Assembly: GCA_965267575.1 (NCBI GenBank)
Contig: OZ254086.1
Coordinates: 2,848,001-2,912,000, forward strand
Length of the DNA stretch: 64,000 nucleotides
DNA from: Calditrichales bacterium
GTDB lineage: Bacteria > Calditrichota > Calditrichia > Calditrichales > J004
Direction: 5' to 3'
Made by a program: the position numbers and the translations under genes. The notes under the pieces were generated by a model. It had not been told where the DNA came from. It saw only the letters and a list, made by a program, of their open reading frames with translations, and did not search any database. Positions within the stretch are counted from its first letter, which is position 1; every line of letters starts with the position of its first letter. Below, piece by piece: positions 57,101-64,000 of this stretch.

Positions 57101-58063
57101 GCGCGTATAGTTGATAAAAGCCTGACCCTGAAAACGCGCGAATCCTCCAAAGCCGCCAATCCAGATCGTGCCTTCCTTGTCTTCCAGGATTGTGCCGACA
57201 TTGCTCGACGGCAGGTTATTTGCGGAATCAATGAATATCTTTTCATCTCCCTGAAAAATGGCCAATCCGCTTTGATTGCCGATGTAGACTCTGCTTCCGT
57301 CTGCCGAAACGCAAATATCGTCAACGGGCATTTCACCAATCCCGCTTTGGTCGTTAAAAATGCGGACCGTTTTTCCGTTTCGCATATGGTGAAGCTCTTT
57401 TCCCGCAGCGAGCCACAATTCGTTGCTGTTTGGCGAAAAAGCAAAACACTTCACGGGCCGCTCTTCGGGAAAAATGCGGCTCCTGGATATTTTATTTTCG
57501 GTGATTTCGTAAAGTCCGTTTCCTGTGCCAACCCACAGGATATGATTATGAAAACGTAGCGCGTTAATTGACCATTGCGAAAGGGGAGAGGGGTCGAATT
57601 TAATGACTCTTAGATCACCGTTCAGATCGTGATAAAACAAACCCCTGGCAGTCCCGATCCAAAGTCGTTCATTTTCATCAATGACCAGGCTTTTTACATT
57701 TGTATTTTGCAGCCCCTCTTTGGATGAAATATTGGTAAAGACTTTTCCGTCCCAAATGGAGAGACCCTCGCTTGTACCTACCCAAATGCGGCCGCGGCTG
57801 TCCTGGGTGATAGCATTTACGCGGTCATTCAGCATACCTTCCATGATGCCAAAGACTTCGAACTCGTCTCCGTCAAATCGGTTTAGCCCGGCCTGCGTTC
57901 CTACCCAGATATAGCCTTCCTTGTCCTGGAAAATGGTCTGCGGCATCTGCTGGGAAAGCCCGTCGTCTCCGGTGTAGGTATGAAAATAATATTGCTGTCC
58001 GTAAACGGGGATGGCGATAAGGAGCAGTGCTATGTTCAGAGCAGAAATAAAGCTGCGTTTCAT
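54161..58063 (-). CDS. Hybrid sensor histidine kinase (Reg_prop beta-propellers, Y_Y_Y, TM, PAS, HisKA, HATPase, REC)
   Basis: Repeated DxxGxxWxGT blades; FLANMSHEIRTPMNG; TRHFGGTGLGL; MDIQMP.MDG; SKP. Confidence 0.93.
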   Translation of the reverse strand: MKRSFISALNIALLLIAIPVYGQQYYFHTYTGDDGLSQQMPQTIFQDKEGYIWVGTQAGLNRFDGDEFEVFGIMEGMLNDRVNAITQDSRGRIWVGTSEGLSIWDGKVFTNISSKEGLQNTNVKSLVIDENERLWIGTARGLFYHDLNGDLRVIKFDPSPLSQWSINALRFHNHILWVGTGNGLYEITENKISRSRIFPEERPVKCFAFSPNSNELWLAAGKELHHMRNGKTVRIFNDQSGIGEMPVDDICVSADGSRVYIGNQSGLAIFQGDEKIFIDSANNLPSSNVGTILEDKEGTIWIGGFGGFARFQGQAFINYTRRDGLGSDVVRPILRDRRGLLWIGTYGGLSLIREDKIINYTMQDGLSHDRVFALHEGASGRLWIGTQKGLCYMDNPGKFHHVPGSEGWVIWLLEEPQGSLLVSIRYNGVFRYSNGVLEKVSVPGNQFNNARMIYDKNGYLWISGDKGLSRHDGLAWRTFTVKDGLAGNDPYFLFEDKNGAIWFGYHSSRGITRFDGKKFKTYTSRDGLANNAVFSIGEDYDQNLWIGHARGVDRFDGNYFRNYSLYEGYASTESNAGGFFLDTDSTIWFGTGNGLSHYFPARDQDISAPPHLRFEDIRLGSKAADTTGITHEDNTLYAKITSSTYSVHRDRISFRYMLRGYNDKWVDLSENEIRIVNLPPGEYELNVQARKYLQDWSDPIKAGFEIPPPYWKTMWFYMLAALSVAMLFLGFYRWRVNIFRKNRMALEEQVKSRTMELRESRNRIAMREQELKLILDHTPAIIYFKDPGLRYVSVNRAFLNSTGKTISSVRGKTSIEVFNNDAAVRSQEEDFGVLETKRPLQTERLLQYGEEKRFYSITKIPMINGSGEVIGLIGMDFDVHELVSARHREREANRAKSEFLANMSHEIRTPMNGILGMATLLSQTDMSADQIDYIQMIQSSAESLLVILNDILDFSKIEAGKLELSPIRFNLPELLHDLVKVQRIRAQEKLLVVCHNCDPDIPQHVVGDPDRLRQVLINLIGNSLKFTNKGGVILEVRKREVDKGYVTLQFSVLDSGIGVPKNKQNDVFNAFTQADGSTTRHFGGTGLGLTISNMLVQLMGGKMGVSSPVNPGRLQPVLDLTANTPDEIGPGSCFFFEARFKIGSAGSIETNGHKDKPETQQTEPLSRPMRILLAEDNVINQKVARRLLESMGHDVEIAEDGLEALNMYRETSFDLVLMDIQMPRMDGYKATAHIRETEKENANGSIPILALTANAMKGDREKCLHAGMDGYISKPIKLAELKKALAQFSEAGAGQKQPVD

Positions 58064-58247
58064 ATTTCGATATCCGGCTTAAATGCATAGTTGGTTTTCG
58101 GAACAACTCTGCAAAATATGAAAGATAAAATGATGACGGTACATTTTTGAGCAATTAGTTTTTCTTAAAAAAACCTTAACAATCAGAAACTATGGCGAAC
58201 CGGCCACGTAGCCCTCCAAGTAACTTTTTTCACTCAGGGGAATTAAA

Positions 58248-59381
58248 ATGAAACGAATTATAATACTTCTTTTTTTGTGCTCGGCCTTTGCCGGCGCCGG
58301 TGACTCTAATGAAAGATACAGCGACCCTGCCGGATACGAATATGTTGACTTTAACCTGTCATTTGTACCGGGCATCAGCATTGGGGATGAGCGCGCCCGT
58401 TATACAGGCAAGCGCATTGTAAACAGCGGTTTTTCGCTCAGCCTTATAGGCAATCGCGCCGCCAGGCTTAATGGTCTGGAGCTGGCCGGGATTTTCAGCA
58501 TTTACGAAGAAGAGATCCGCGGCGTTCAGTTGGCCGGTATCTTTAATTTAAACGGCAGCGATTCTAACAGCGATGTACGTGGCTTGCAGATGAGCGGCAT
58601 TTTTAATATGGCCAACGGCTCGGTACGCGGCCTCCAGGGGAGTGGCATCTTCAATCTCAATAATGGCGATGTGCGTGGCTTACAGTTTACCGGCGTTTTT
58701 AATATCAATAACGGCGGGGTTCAGGGATTGCAGTTTGCCGATGTGTTCAATATTGCCAATGGCAGAATAAGCGGCATGCAATGGGGCGGCGTTTTTAACG
58801 TGGCCAACGGGGCCGTTTCCGGCCTTCAGATGTCGGGCGGTGTGAATATTGCCCGTTCTGTGCATGACGGTGCGCAGATTGGTCTGGTAAATGTTTCCGG
58901 ACCGAATAATGGCGCGGTGATAGGCCTGGTCAGCTATGTTTCGGATGTGCCTTTTGCCTATCAGGTTTATGGCGACGAAACACAGATGGTGCACGCCGCG
59001 CTGCGTTCAGGCAATCATAAATGGTATAACTTGTTTGGCGCCGGCCGACGGGTTGAAGGCATTACCCGCTACAACAGCGTGGATGGTGGCTTTGGCCGTT
59101 ATTTTGACCTGGGATACAGGCTGGGTCTTGATCTGGGGCTGCACGGTTCATATCTGCTAACAGACGATCTTAAAGATAATGCCGGGTTTATTACACGCTT
59201 CAGTACATCTTTTCATTACAACATCGGTTACCGCGCGGCCATTGTTGTGGGTGGCTCGGTAAATATGTGGAGCACAAAAGTGGTGGAGGACAATCTCTCC
59301 CGCGGATTGTGGAAAGAATATAGCGAAGACGATTACTTCTTCCGTATTTGGCCCGGATTACATGTGGGACTAAAGCTTTAA
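58248..59381 (+). CDS. Exported surface protein with 16-aa GLQxxGxFN beta-solenoid repeats (LA_2272-like) and probable C-terminal beta-barrel
   Basis: Signal peptide; about nine repeats such as VRGLQMSGIFNMANGS; C-terminal WPGLHVGLKL. Confidence 0.75.
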   Translation: MKRIIILLFLCSAFAGAGDSNERYSDPAGYEYVDFNLSFVPGISIGDERARYTGKRIVNSGFSLSLIGNRAARLNGLELAGIFSIYEEEIRGVQLAGIFNLNGSDSNSDVRGLQMSGIFNMANGSVRGLQGSGIFNLNNGDVRGLQFTGVFNINNGGVQGLQFADVFNIANGRISGMQWGGVFNVANGAVSGLQMSGGVNIARSVHDGAQIGLVNVSGPNNGAVIGLVSYVSDVPFAYQVYGDETQMVHAALRSGNHKWYNLFGAGRRVEGITRYNSVDGGFGRYFDLGYRLGLDLGLHGSYLLTDDLKDNAGFITRFSTSFHYNIGYRAAIVVGGSVNMWSTKVVEDNLSRGLWKEYSEDDYFFRIWPGLHVGLKL

Positions 59382-59403
59382 ACGACATTGCCGGATTTTC
59401 CCA

Positions 59404-59434
59404 AAGGCCGTGGCATAGCGCTGCGGCCTTTTTT
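59404..59434 (+). terminator. Intrinsic terminator
   Basis: aaggccgtggc-atag-cgctgcggcctt plus T run. Confidence 0.75.
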
Positions 59435-59528
59435 ATTACCCGCCTGAAATTTACTTGTTTGGCTCAAAGCTTTATATTTATGGCCGCCGGAGATATTTCC
59501 GCTAATTTTTGGAAACAAAGGACTTTTT

Positions 59529-62500
59529 ATGAAATCCCCTGTAGAAGCATACACTCCTAAAAATAAAGTACGAATCGTAACAGCCGCCTCCCTTTTTGAC
59601 GGCCACGATGCCGCTATCAATATTATGCGCCGCATTATCCAGGCGACAGGCTGCGAGGTGATCCATCTGGGACATGATCGCAGCGTCGAAGAGGTTGTCA
59701 ACTGCGCCATACAGGAAGACGCCCAGGCCATTGCCATGACTTCCTACCAGGGCGGACATATCGAATATTTTAAATATATGTATGATCTGCTGAAGGAGAA
59801 GGGCGCATCACATATCAAAATATTCGGTGGTGGCGGCGGGGTTATTTTGCCCGAAGAGATTAAAGAACTGCACGAATATGGCATAACACGCATTTATTCG
59901 CCGGACGACGGCCGGGAAATGGGGCTGCAGGGCATGATTAACGACCTGGTGAAGCAGAGTGATTTTCCCACCGGCAGCACGCTAAACGGCGAATGGAGAA
60001 GCGTTGACCGCGATGATCACCGCAGCCTGGCCCGCATGATCTCAGCAGCCGAAAATTTTGCCGATAAGTGGAACACCGATCTGGAGAACATACGCGCTCA
60101 GGCCAAAAAGACAAAAGTGCCGGTACTGGGCATTACCGGGACCGGTGGCGCGGGAAAGTCCAGCATGATTGACGAACTTGTGCGCCGCTTTCTGATAGAC
60201 TTTTCCAACAAATATATCGGAGTGATCAGCGTTGATCCATCCAAGCGCAAAACCGGCGGGGCACTGCTGGGTGACCGCATCCGCATGAATGCCATAAAAA
60301 GTAACCGCGTCTATATGCGTTCCCTTGCCACGCGCCAGGCCAACCTGGCCCTTTCGCGCCATATATCCGACGCTGTGGCTATCCTGAAGGCCGCAGGGTT
60401 TGATATGATCATCCTGGAGACTTCCGGTATCGGTCAGTCGGATACAGAGATTGTTGACCACAGCGATGTGAGCCTGTACCTGATGACGCCGGAATTTGGC
60501 GCGGCCACACAGCTTGAAAAAATAGATATGCTGGACTTTGCCGACCTGGTGGCTATAAACAAGTTTGATAAGCGCGGAGCCCAGGACGCCCTTCGTGACG
60601 TGAAGAAGCAGTATAAGCGCAACCGCGGACTTTTTGAAGCTTCGGATGAAGATATTCCTGTTTTTGGCACGATAGCTTCACAGTTCAATGATCCGGGTAC
60701 CAACACGCTTTACCGCCATGTGATGGAGAAGATTGCCGAAAAAACGCAAGCCAAACTTAAAACATCCTTCCACAGCGACCGCGAGATGTCCGAGAAAATT
60801 TTTATTATCCCGCCGCAGCGTACGCGCTATCTTTCGGAGATCGCCGAGAATAACCGCAACTACGATACATGGGTAACAAAACAGGTTGGCGTGGCGCAAA
60901 AGCTTTACGGCCTGCATAATGCAATCGAAACGATAAAAGAGAGCAACGCGGAAGACAAAGACCGTCTGCTTAAAGGCTTGCACGAGCAATTTGAGACGCT
61001 GAAGCTTGACCTTGACCCGCGTTGCTGGCAGGTTATTGAAGAGTGGCCCGAAAAAAAACAGCGCTACAAAAAAGATGAGTTTGTGTTCACCGTGCGTGAC
61101 AAGGAAATCCGCCTGAAGACGCACCACGAGAGCCTGTCGCACACACGTGTTCCGCGCATTGCCTTGCCCCGTTTTGAAGGCTGGGGTGATATTCTGCGCT
61201 GGAGCCTGACGGAAAACGTTCCTGGCGAATTTCCATTCGCCGCAGGCATTTACCCCTTTAAGCGTGAGGGAGAAGATCCCACGCGCATGTTTGCCGGAGA
61301 AGGCGGCCCGGAGCGCACAAACCGCCGCTTCCACTATGTAAGCGAAGGCATGCCGGCCAAGCGGCTTTCCACGGCTTTTGATTCCGTGACCCTGTATGGC
61401 AACGACCCCGACCACCGTCCTGATATTTACGGCAAAGTGGGTAATTCCGGTGTTTCCATCTGCTGCCTGGACGACGCCAAACGGCTCTATTCCGGCTTCA
61501 ACCTGGCCGATCCCAAGACTTCTGTTTCCATGACCATAAACGGGCCGGCGCCGATGCTGCTTGGCTTTTTCATGAACGCCGCCATCGACCAGCAGTGCGA
61601 GATATATATCCGCAATAACGGCATGGAAGACGAGGTAAAGAAAAAGGTTGCCGCGTTTTTTAAGGAAAAAGGCGAAAAGCAACCGCAATATCGCGGCGAT
61701 CTGCCGTCCTCCAACGACGGACTGGGCCTGATGCTCCTGGGCATTTCCGGCGATAAGGTGCTTGCGCCCGAGACGTACGAAAAGATCAAGGCCGACACCT
61801 TAAAGCAGGTCCGCGGCACCGTTCAGGCCGATATCCTCAAAGAAGACCAGGCACAAAACACCTGCATTTTTTCCACGGAGTTTGCCTTGCGCCTGATGGG
61901 TGACGTGCAGGAGTATTTTATCGGGCACGGTGTGCGGAATTTCTATTCGGTTTCCATTTCCGGCTACCATATTGCCGAAGCCGGGGCCAATCCCATTACG
62001 CAGCTGGCGCTTACGCTGGCCAACGGATTCACTTATGTGGAGTATTATCTCAGCCGCGGCATGGATATCAACAAATTCGCGCCCAATCTCAGCTTTTTCT
62101 TTTCCAACGGCGTGGATCCCGAATATGCTGTCATCGGTCGTGTGGCGCGGCGCATCTGGGCCAAGGCCATGAAAAACAAGTATGGCGCCAACGCCCGTTC
62201 TCAAATGCTTAAATATCATATTCAAACATCAGGGCGATCGCTTCATGCCCAGGAGATAGATTTTAACGATATCCGCACCACCTTGCAGGCGCTGTATGCC
62301 ATTTACGATAACTGCAACAGTCTGCACACCAACGCTTACGATGAAGCTATCACTACGCCGACGGAAGAATCCGTGCGCCGGGCTATGGCCATCCAGCTGA
62401 TCATCAACAAAGAGCTGGGCCTTGCCAAGAATGAGAATCCGCTGCAAGGCGCCTTTATCATTGAGGAATTGACCGACCTCGTGGAAGAGGCCGTCTACGC

Positions 62501-62912
62501 GGAATTCGACCGGCTGACCGAACGCGGTGGCGTGCTGGGCGCGATGGAAACGATGTACCAACGCAGCAAAATCCAGGAAGAAAGTCTATACTACGAAACG
62601 CTCAAACACAGCGGCGAATATCCCATCATCGGCGTTAATACATTCCTGAGCTCCAAAGGCTCGCCAACTACCACGGCGCGGGAAGTGATACGTTCCAGCA
62701 AAGAAGAGAAGGAATCGCAGATTGCCAGCCTGAACGATCTGCATAAGCGCTATGAAAGTGAAGCCCGCGAAAATCTGAAGGCTGTTCAAAACGCGGCCGT
62801 TGAAAACCGCAACATTTTTGAACAATTGATGGAAGCAACAAAGGTATGTTCGCTGGGACAGATTACGCAGGCGCTGTTTGAGGTTGGCGGCCAATACAGA
62901 CGCAATATGTAA
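59529..62912 (+). CDS. icmF: Fused isobutyryl-CoA mutase/MeaI GTPase
   Basis: N-terminal B12-binding [28 protein letters not shown] GTPase; mutase [25 protein letters not shown]. Confidence 0.95.
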   Translation: MKSPVEAYTPKNKVRIVTAASLFDGHDAAINIMRRIIQATGCEVIHLGHDRSVEEVVNCAIQEDAQAIAMTSYQGGHIEYFKYMYDLLKEKGASHIKIFGGGGGVILPEEIKELHEYGITRIYSPDDGREMGLQGMINDLVKQSDFPTGSTLNGEWRSVDRDDHRSLARMISAAENFADKWNTDLENIRAQAKKTKVPVLGITGTGGAGKSSMIDELVRRFLIDFSNKYIGVISVDPSKRKTGGALLGDRIRMNAIKSNRVYMRSLATRQANLALSRHISDAVAILKAAGFDMIILETSGIGQSDTEIVDHSDVSLYLMTPEFGAATQLEKIDMLDFADLVAINKFDKRGAQDALRDVKKQYKRNRGLFEASDEDIPVFGTIASQFNDPGTNTLYRHVMEKIAEKTQAKLKTSFHSDREMSEKIFIIPPQRTRYLSEIAENNRNYDTWVTKQVGVAQKLYGLHNAIETIKESNAEDKDRLLKGLHEQFETLKLDLDPRCWQVIEEWPEKKQRYKKDEFVFTVRDKEIRLKTHHESLSHTRVPRIALPRFEGWGDILRWSLTENVPGEFPFAAGIYPFKREGEDPTRMFAGEGGPERTNRRFHYVSEGMPAKRLSTAFDSVTLYGNDPDHRPDIYGKVGNSGVSICCLDDAKRLYSGFNLADPKTSVSMTINGPAPMLLGFFMNAAIDQQCEIYIRNNGMEDEVKKKVAAFFKEKGEKQPQYRGDLPSSNDGLGLMLLGISGDKVLAPETYEKIKADTLKQVRGTVQADILKEDQAQNTCIFSTEFALRLMGDVQEYFIGHGVRNFYSVSISGYHIAEAGANPITQLALTLANGFTYVEYYLSRGMDINKFAPNLSFFFSNGVDPEYAVIGRVARRIWAKAMKNKYGANARSQMLKYHIQTSGRSLHAQEIDFNDIRTTLQALYAIYDNCNSLHTNAYDEAITTPTEESVRRAMAIQLIINKELGLAKNENPLQGAFIIEELTDLVEEAVYAEFDRLTERGGVLGAMETMYQRSKIQEESLYYETLKHSGEYPIIGVNTFLSSKGSPTTTAREVIRSSKEEKESQIASLNDLHKRYESEARENLKAVQNAAVENRNIFEQLMEATKVCSLGQITQALFEVGGQYRRNM

Positions 62913-62960
62913 AAACGACCATTAAAAACTCACCAGCTTTGAAGGGGAGGCGTAGGCAGT

Positions 62961-63830
62961 ATGAAAATAGGTTTTATCGGAACAGGATTGATGGGCAGCC
63001 GCATGGTGCAACGCCTGCTGATGGCCGGACATGAGGTGACAGTTTATAACCGGACCCTGGAAAAGGCGCAGCCTTTGGAAAAGCAAGGAGCCAGATTGGC
63101 GGAGTTGCCGTCACAAGCCGCGCGCAGTGCGGAAGTGGTTTTCAGTATGCTGGCTGAGCCCGACGTGGTGCGCAATGTGGCGATGGATGAATTCGGCTTT
63201 CTGGAGGCGATGGATCATGCGGCATTGTGGGTAGACTGCAGCACGACAAATCCGGGGTTTGCCCGCGATATGGAAAACGAAGCCCGCAAGCGCGGCGTGC
63301 GTTTTGTGGACGCGCCTGTGGCCGGAACGACTGTGACGGTAGAAAATGGCGCGCTGATGTTTTTGTGCGGAGGCGAAAAAGGCGATATTGAATCGCTGCG
63401 TCCGCTGCTGGAGGTTATGGGCAATCGCGTATTGCATGTTGGCAAAGCAGGGCAGGGTAACGCGCTAAAGCTTCTGCTTAATCACTTACTGGCTACCTCT
63501 ATGGCGGCATTTGCCGAGGCCCTGACCCTGGGTGAGGCGCTTAATATTGACAAGGACATGCTGTTGGAGGTGCTGCCGGGAAGCTCGGTGGCCGCGCCGT
63601 TTATTGGCATGAAAAAAGAAAAGCTGAGCACAAACGTTTTTGAAGCGCAGTTCCCGCTAAAATGGATGCACAAGGATTTACGCATGGTGGCGCGCAGTGC
63701 TGCCGAAAAAGGTGCCGCCATGCCGCTGGCAGCAATCACCAAAGAGCTTTACCACCTGGCTATGCGCCACGGCCTGGGCGAAGAAGATTTTTCGGCTATC
63801 TATAAATTTATCAGTGAGAAAGAAGGATAA
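62961..63830 (+). CDS. 3-hydroxyisobutyrate dehydrogenase family NAD(P)-dependent oxidoreductase
   Basis: IGFIGTGLMG, DCST, DAPVAG, K..LN, F.L..MHKDL. Confidence 0.9.
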   Translation: MKIGFIGTGLMGSRMVQRLLMAGHEVTVYNRTLEKAQPLEKQGARLAELPSQAARSAEVVFSMLAEPDVVRNVAMDEFGFLEAMDHAALWVDCSTTNPGFARDMENEARKRGVRFVDAPVAGTTVTVENGALMFLCGGEKGDIESLRPLLEVMGNRVLHVGKAGQGNALKLLLNHLLATSMAAFAEALTLGEALNIDKDMLLEVLPGSSVAAPFIGMKKEKLSTNVFEAQFPLKWMHKDLRMVARSAAEKGAAMPLAAITKELYHLAMRHGLGEEDFSAIYKFISEKEG

Positions 63831-63845
63831 AAATAGCCTGCTGGT

Positions 63846-64000
63846 TCAGTAAATATGTATTGTTGCGTTCTTAGTGCCGGCTGAGTGTGTATTTCCGAAA
63901 CTATCCCGGATAATAAAACCCGGTTGTATTGTCACCTTGGTATTGCCCGTTAAACTGTTGGAATAAAAACGGGTTCTTAATAATCGCCCTGAGCCGCTGA
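63846..64000 (-). CDS. C-terminal fragment of a gene running off the window (possibly cohesin-like beta domain)
   Basis: Open minus frame ...SGSGRLLRTRFYSNSLTGNTKVTIQPGFIIRDSFGNTHSAGTKNATIHIY*. Confidence 0.4.
   Translation of the reverse strand, partial: SGSGRLLRTRFYSNSLTGNTKVTIQPGFIIRDSFGNTHSAGTKNATIHIY

Noticed and set aside
59382..59528. Cobalamin riboswitch upstream of icmF (also checked upstream of the TonB receptor)
   Set aside because: Intervals are short and no B12-box-like motif was recognised
60678..61688. Long antisense ORFs (also 31517-32395, 40946-41785, 5305-6063)
   Set aside because: They lie opposite well-supported genes and are explained by codon bias

Overview
Gene-dense bacterial chromosome segment of moderate GC. 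The gene repertoire and protein style suggest a diderm FCB-related lineage such as Calditrichota; this is an inference, not a tested placement. About 60 CDS are supported. Housekeeping genes include trpS, scpA-scpB-rluB-cmk, rpsA, an orphan mreB, ppa, a short-form rho, tadA, msrB, phoBR-like, cmoAB, mgsA, a Lon-like protease, nfo and icmF. There are also many peptidases (C40, M29, S46, S9B, a HEXXH protein), envelope lipoproteins, a TonB-dependent receptor, four tRNAs (Leu-TAG, Arg-ACG, Ser-GGA, Ser-CGA; none with encoded CCA) and a hicB-hicA toxin-antitoxin pair. No CRISPR, integrase, transposase, prophage or reverse transcriptase was seen. The most notable items are: (1) a stand-alone 60-aa protein resembling only the NAD+/NMN-binding domain Ia of LigA; (2) a modular family of intergenic repeats (dRS3-like hairpins with compensatory changes, GATC 6-mer arrays, 8-mer arrays) shared by loci about 30 kb apart; (3) a nuclease-free tandem AP2-domain protein; (4) a candidate sRNA carrying an anti-SD/anti-AUG motif; (5) paralogous lipoproteins flanking rpsA and splitting cmk from rpsA; (6) a short Rho in an unusual operon leading into tRNA-Arg(ACG)-tadA. 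All calls come from reading the sequence and ORF track; no database searches were run.
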